Origin: a virus
Taxonomy: Duplodnaviria; Caudoviricetes
IMG/VR virus record: IMGVR_UViG_3300042197_001337
Coordinates: 1-26,848 of that record
Length of the DNA stretch: 26,848 nucleotides
Reading direction: 5' to 3' (one strand)
Shown: piece after piece, positions 25,839 through 26,848 of the stretch
How positions within the stretch are numbered: position 1 is the first letter of the stretch
Layout: each line of letters opens with the position of its first letter
Program-made: the position numbers and the translations under genes
The notes under the pieces: model-generated
Seen by the model: the letters and a program-made list of their open reading frames with translations, nothing else
Databases searched by the model: none
Told to the model about the DNA's origin: nothing

Positions 25839-26848
25839 GAGCGACCGAATTCCTTATAGAGCGTATCAGCAGCCGAGTATTTCACTATACTCGAGTCACC
25901 ACTGCCCTAAAAATCCTACAATCGGGCCAATTCGAACTTAGTCATACACTAGGAACTAGTTGGGAGGCACAGTTTGCTCCCAAGGGCTATCCTTACTTCC
26001 TAAGCACTACTAGAACACGCCATGGCGGGTATCATGGATATCTTGGACAAGATGCTGTGTTATTTGAACTAGACGGGGACTTTTATAATCAACGCTATCC
26101 TGGTAAAGCAGTAGATTACTGGAATAATCGTGACCCCATGAAGGATCATCACAAAGCACATGAAGCAGAGGATCGTATCTTTAGCAGGGAGAATGCTATA
26201 CCCGCTGCCATCAGAGTAATAGATCTTTATATAGCACCCGACGCCGACGAAGCTGCTCGTGCTCGTACAAGACAGGTAATTATTTTAGCCAAAAAAGCAG
26301 GTATTCCTGTAAACTTGTTTAATGACCAAGCGGCCTGGCGTCAGCGTGATACACGTAAACTGGCCGATGTCAGTCAACTCCGTGGGCAGGATCCTGCTCG
26401 TGGTTATGTAGAAAGACGTAGGGGTGGATACTTAAAGCCATGGATGGAACTCATGCAGGCCAAGACTAAGGCACAATTAAGTAAGGCTGCCGATAGCAAG
26501 CGTTATGCCTTACAATACACCTACGATAAACAAGAGATGACCAAGAGTCTATCTGTAGACCTAAGCAATGCTCGCAAACCAGGACCGGACGCCGATCGCA
26601 ATAATGCTATAAGAATCATCAAGTTCATGCAACAGAACAGGTTGACCACAGTCGATGACTTTGTTAATTTCCTAGCCGACAAGTGGAAAAACATCAAAGA
26701 AGGTGTGGCGGAAGGCACCGGCTTTGATCAAGAGGCAGGCATTGGTTTAGATGGTGAATCATTCAAGTTCAAAATAAAAGATTTAGTTGCTTTAGCAAAC
26801 AAATATCCTGTGACCCCAATTGATCCCCAGCAATTTACACAGCAAATA
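25835..26848 (+). CDS. ADP-ribosyltransferase-fold-like protein, 3'-truncated (absent from the ORF track)
   Basis: My translation from the ATGA overlap is open to the window end: MRATEFLIERISSRVFHYT...ALKILQSG...YFLSTTR...VLFELDG...HEAEDRIFS...IKEGVAEG... Confidence 0.7.
   Translation, partial: MRATEFLIERISSRVFHYTRVTTALKILQSGQFELSHTLGTSWEAQFAPKGYPYFLSTTRTRHGGYHGYLGQDAVLFELDGDFYNQRYPGKAVDYWNNRDPMKDHHKAHEAEDRIFSRENAIPAAIRVIDLYIAPDADEAARARTRQVIILAKKAGIPVNLFNDQAAWRQRDTRKLADVSQLRGQDPARGYVERRRGGYLKPWMELMQAKTKAQLSKAADSKRYALQYTYDKQEMTKSLSVDLSNARKPGPDADRNNAIRIIKFMQQNRLTTVDDFVNFLADKWKNIKEGVAEGTGFDQEAGIGLDGESFKFKIKDLVALANKYPVTPIDPQQFTQQI

Noticed and set aside
1041-26718. Many short - strand ORFs in the track (e.g. 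15157-15753, 22511-22912, 6736-7128, 26521-26718)
   Set aside because: They lie antisense to well-supported + strand genes, have no SD or recognisable motifs, and look like shadow ORFs.
1-26848. Stop-codon reassignment (as in some large phages)
   Set aside because: Coding density is high under the standard code, and TAA, TGA and TAG each end genes next to the following start.
1-26848. tRNA genes, CRISPR arrays, integrase/transposase or a diversity-generating retroelement
   Set aside because: No cloverleaf, no regularly spaced repeat-spacer array, no recombinase or reverse-transcriptase motif seen. The 20-bp repeat at 23139/23367 is an in-frame coding duplication.

Overview
Segment of a large lytic tailed-phage genome (T4-like or jumbo-myovirus style, standard genetic code, almost all genes on the + strand). 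The spanin pair points to a Gram-negative host. In order, the window holds: (1) the 3' part of an Ig-like-repeat virion protein and a small tail protein with a peptidase-S74 chaperone domain; (2) sigma70-promoter-driven genes: MazG-like NTP pyrophosphohydrolase, a stand-alone DnaE fragment ending just before the catalytic aspartates, GroES, a clamp-loader ATPase, and a ParB/DGQH-like plus GIY-YIG-like pair; (3) phoH on the - strand; (4) late genes with a lysis cassette (i-spanin, o-spanin, GH19 endolysin, 3TM-family holin, an extra secreted protein); (5) DnaJ, ClpA and a glycosyltransferase-like gene; (6) from 17.4 kb to the end, a late-promoter-driven array of nine genes. Most proteins in that array begin with a shared M(R/K)xx(D/E/N)(F/L)hxE leader resembling the T4 capsid-targeting/prohead-protease sequence. 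They carry unrelated enzyme domains: HxGH nucleotidyltransferase, permuted LysM plus muramidase, GNAT, amidoligase, Nudix fused to an ADP-ribosyltransferase, GH19, and a second ART-like protein missing from the ORF track. My main hypothesis, which is inference, is a capsid-packaged, protease-processed array of injected host-modifying enzymes. All family assignments come from motif recognition by eye; no searches were run.
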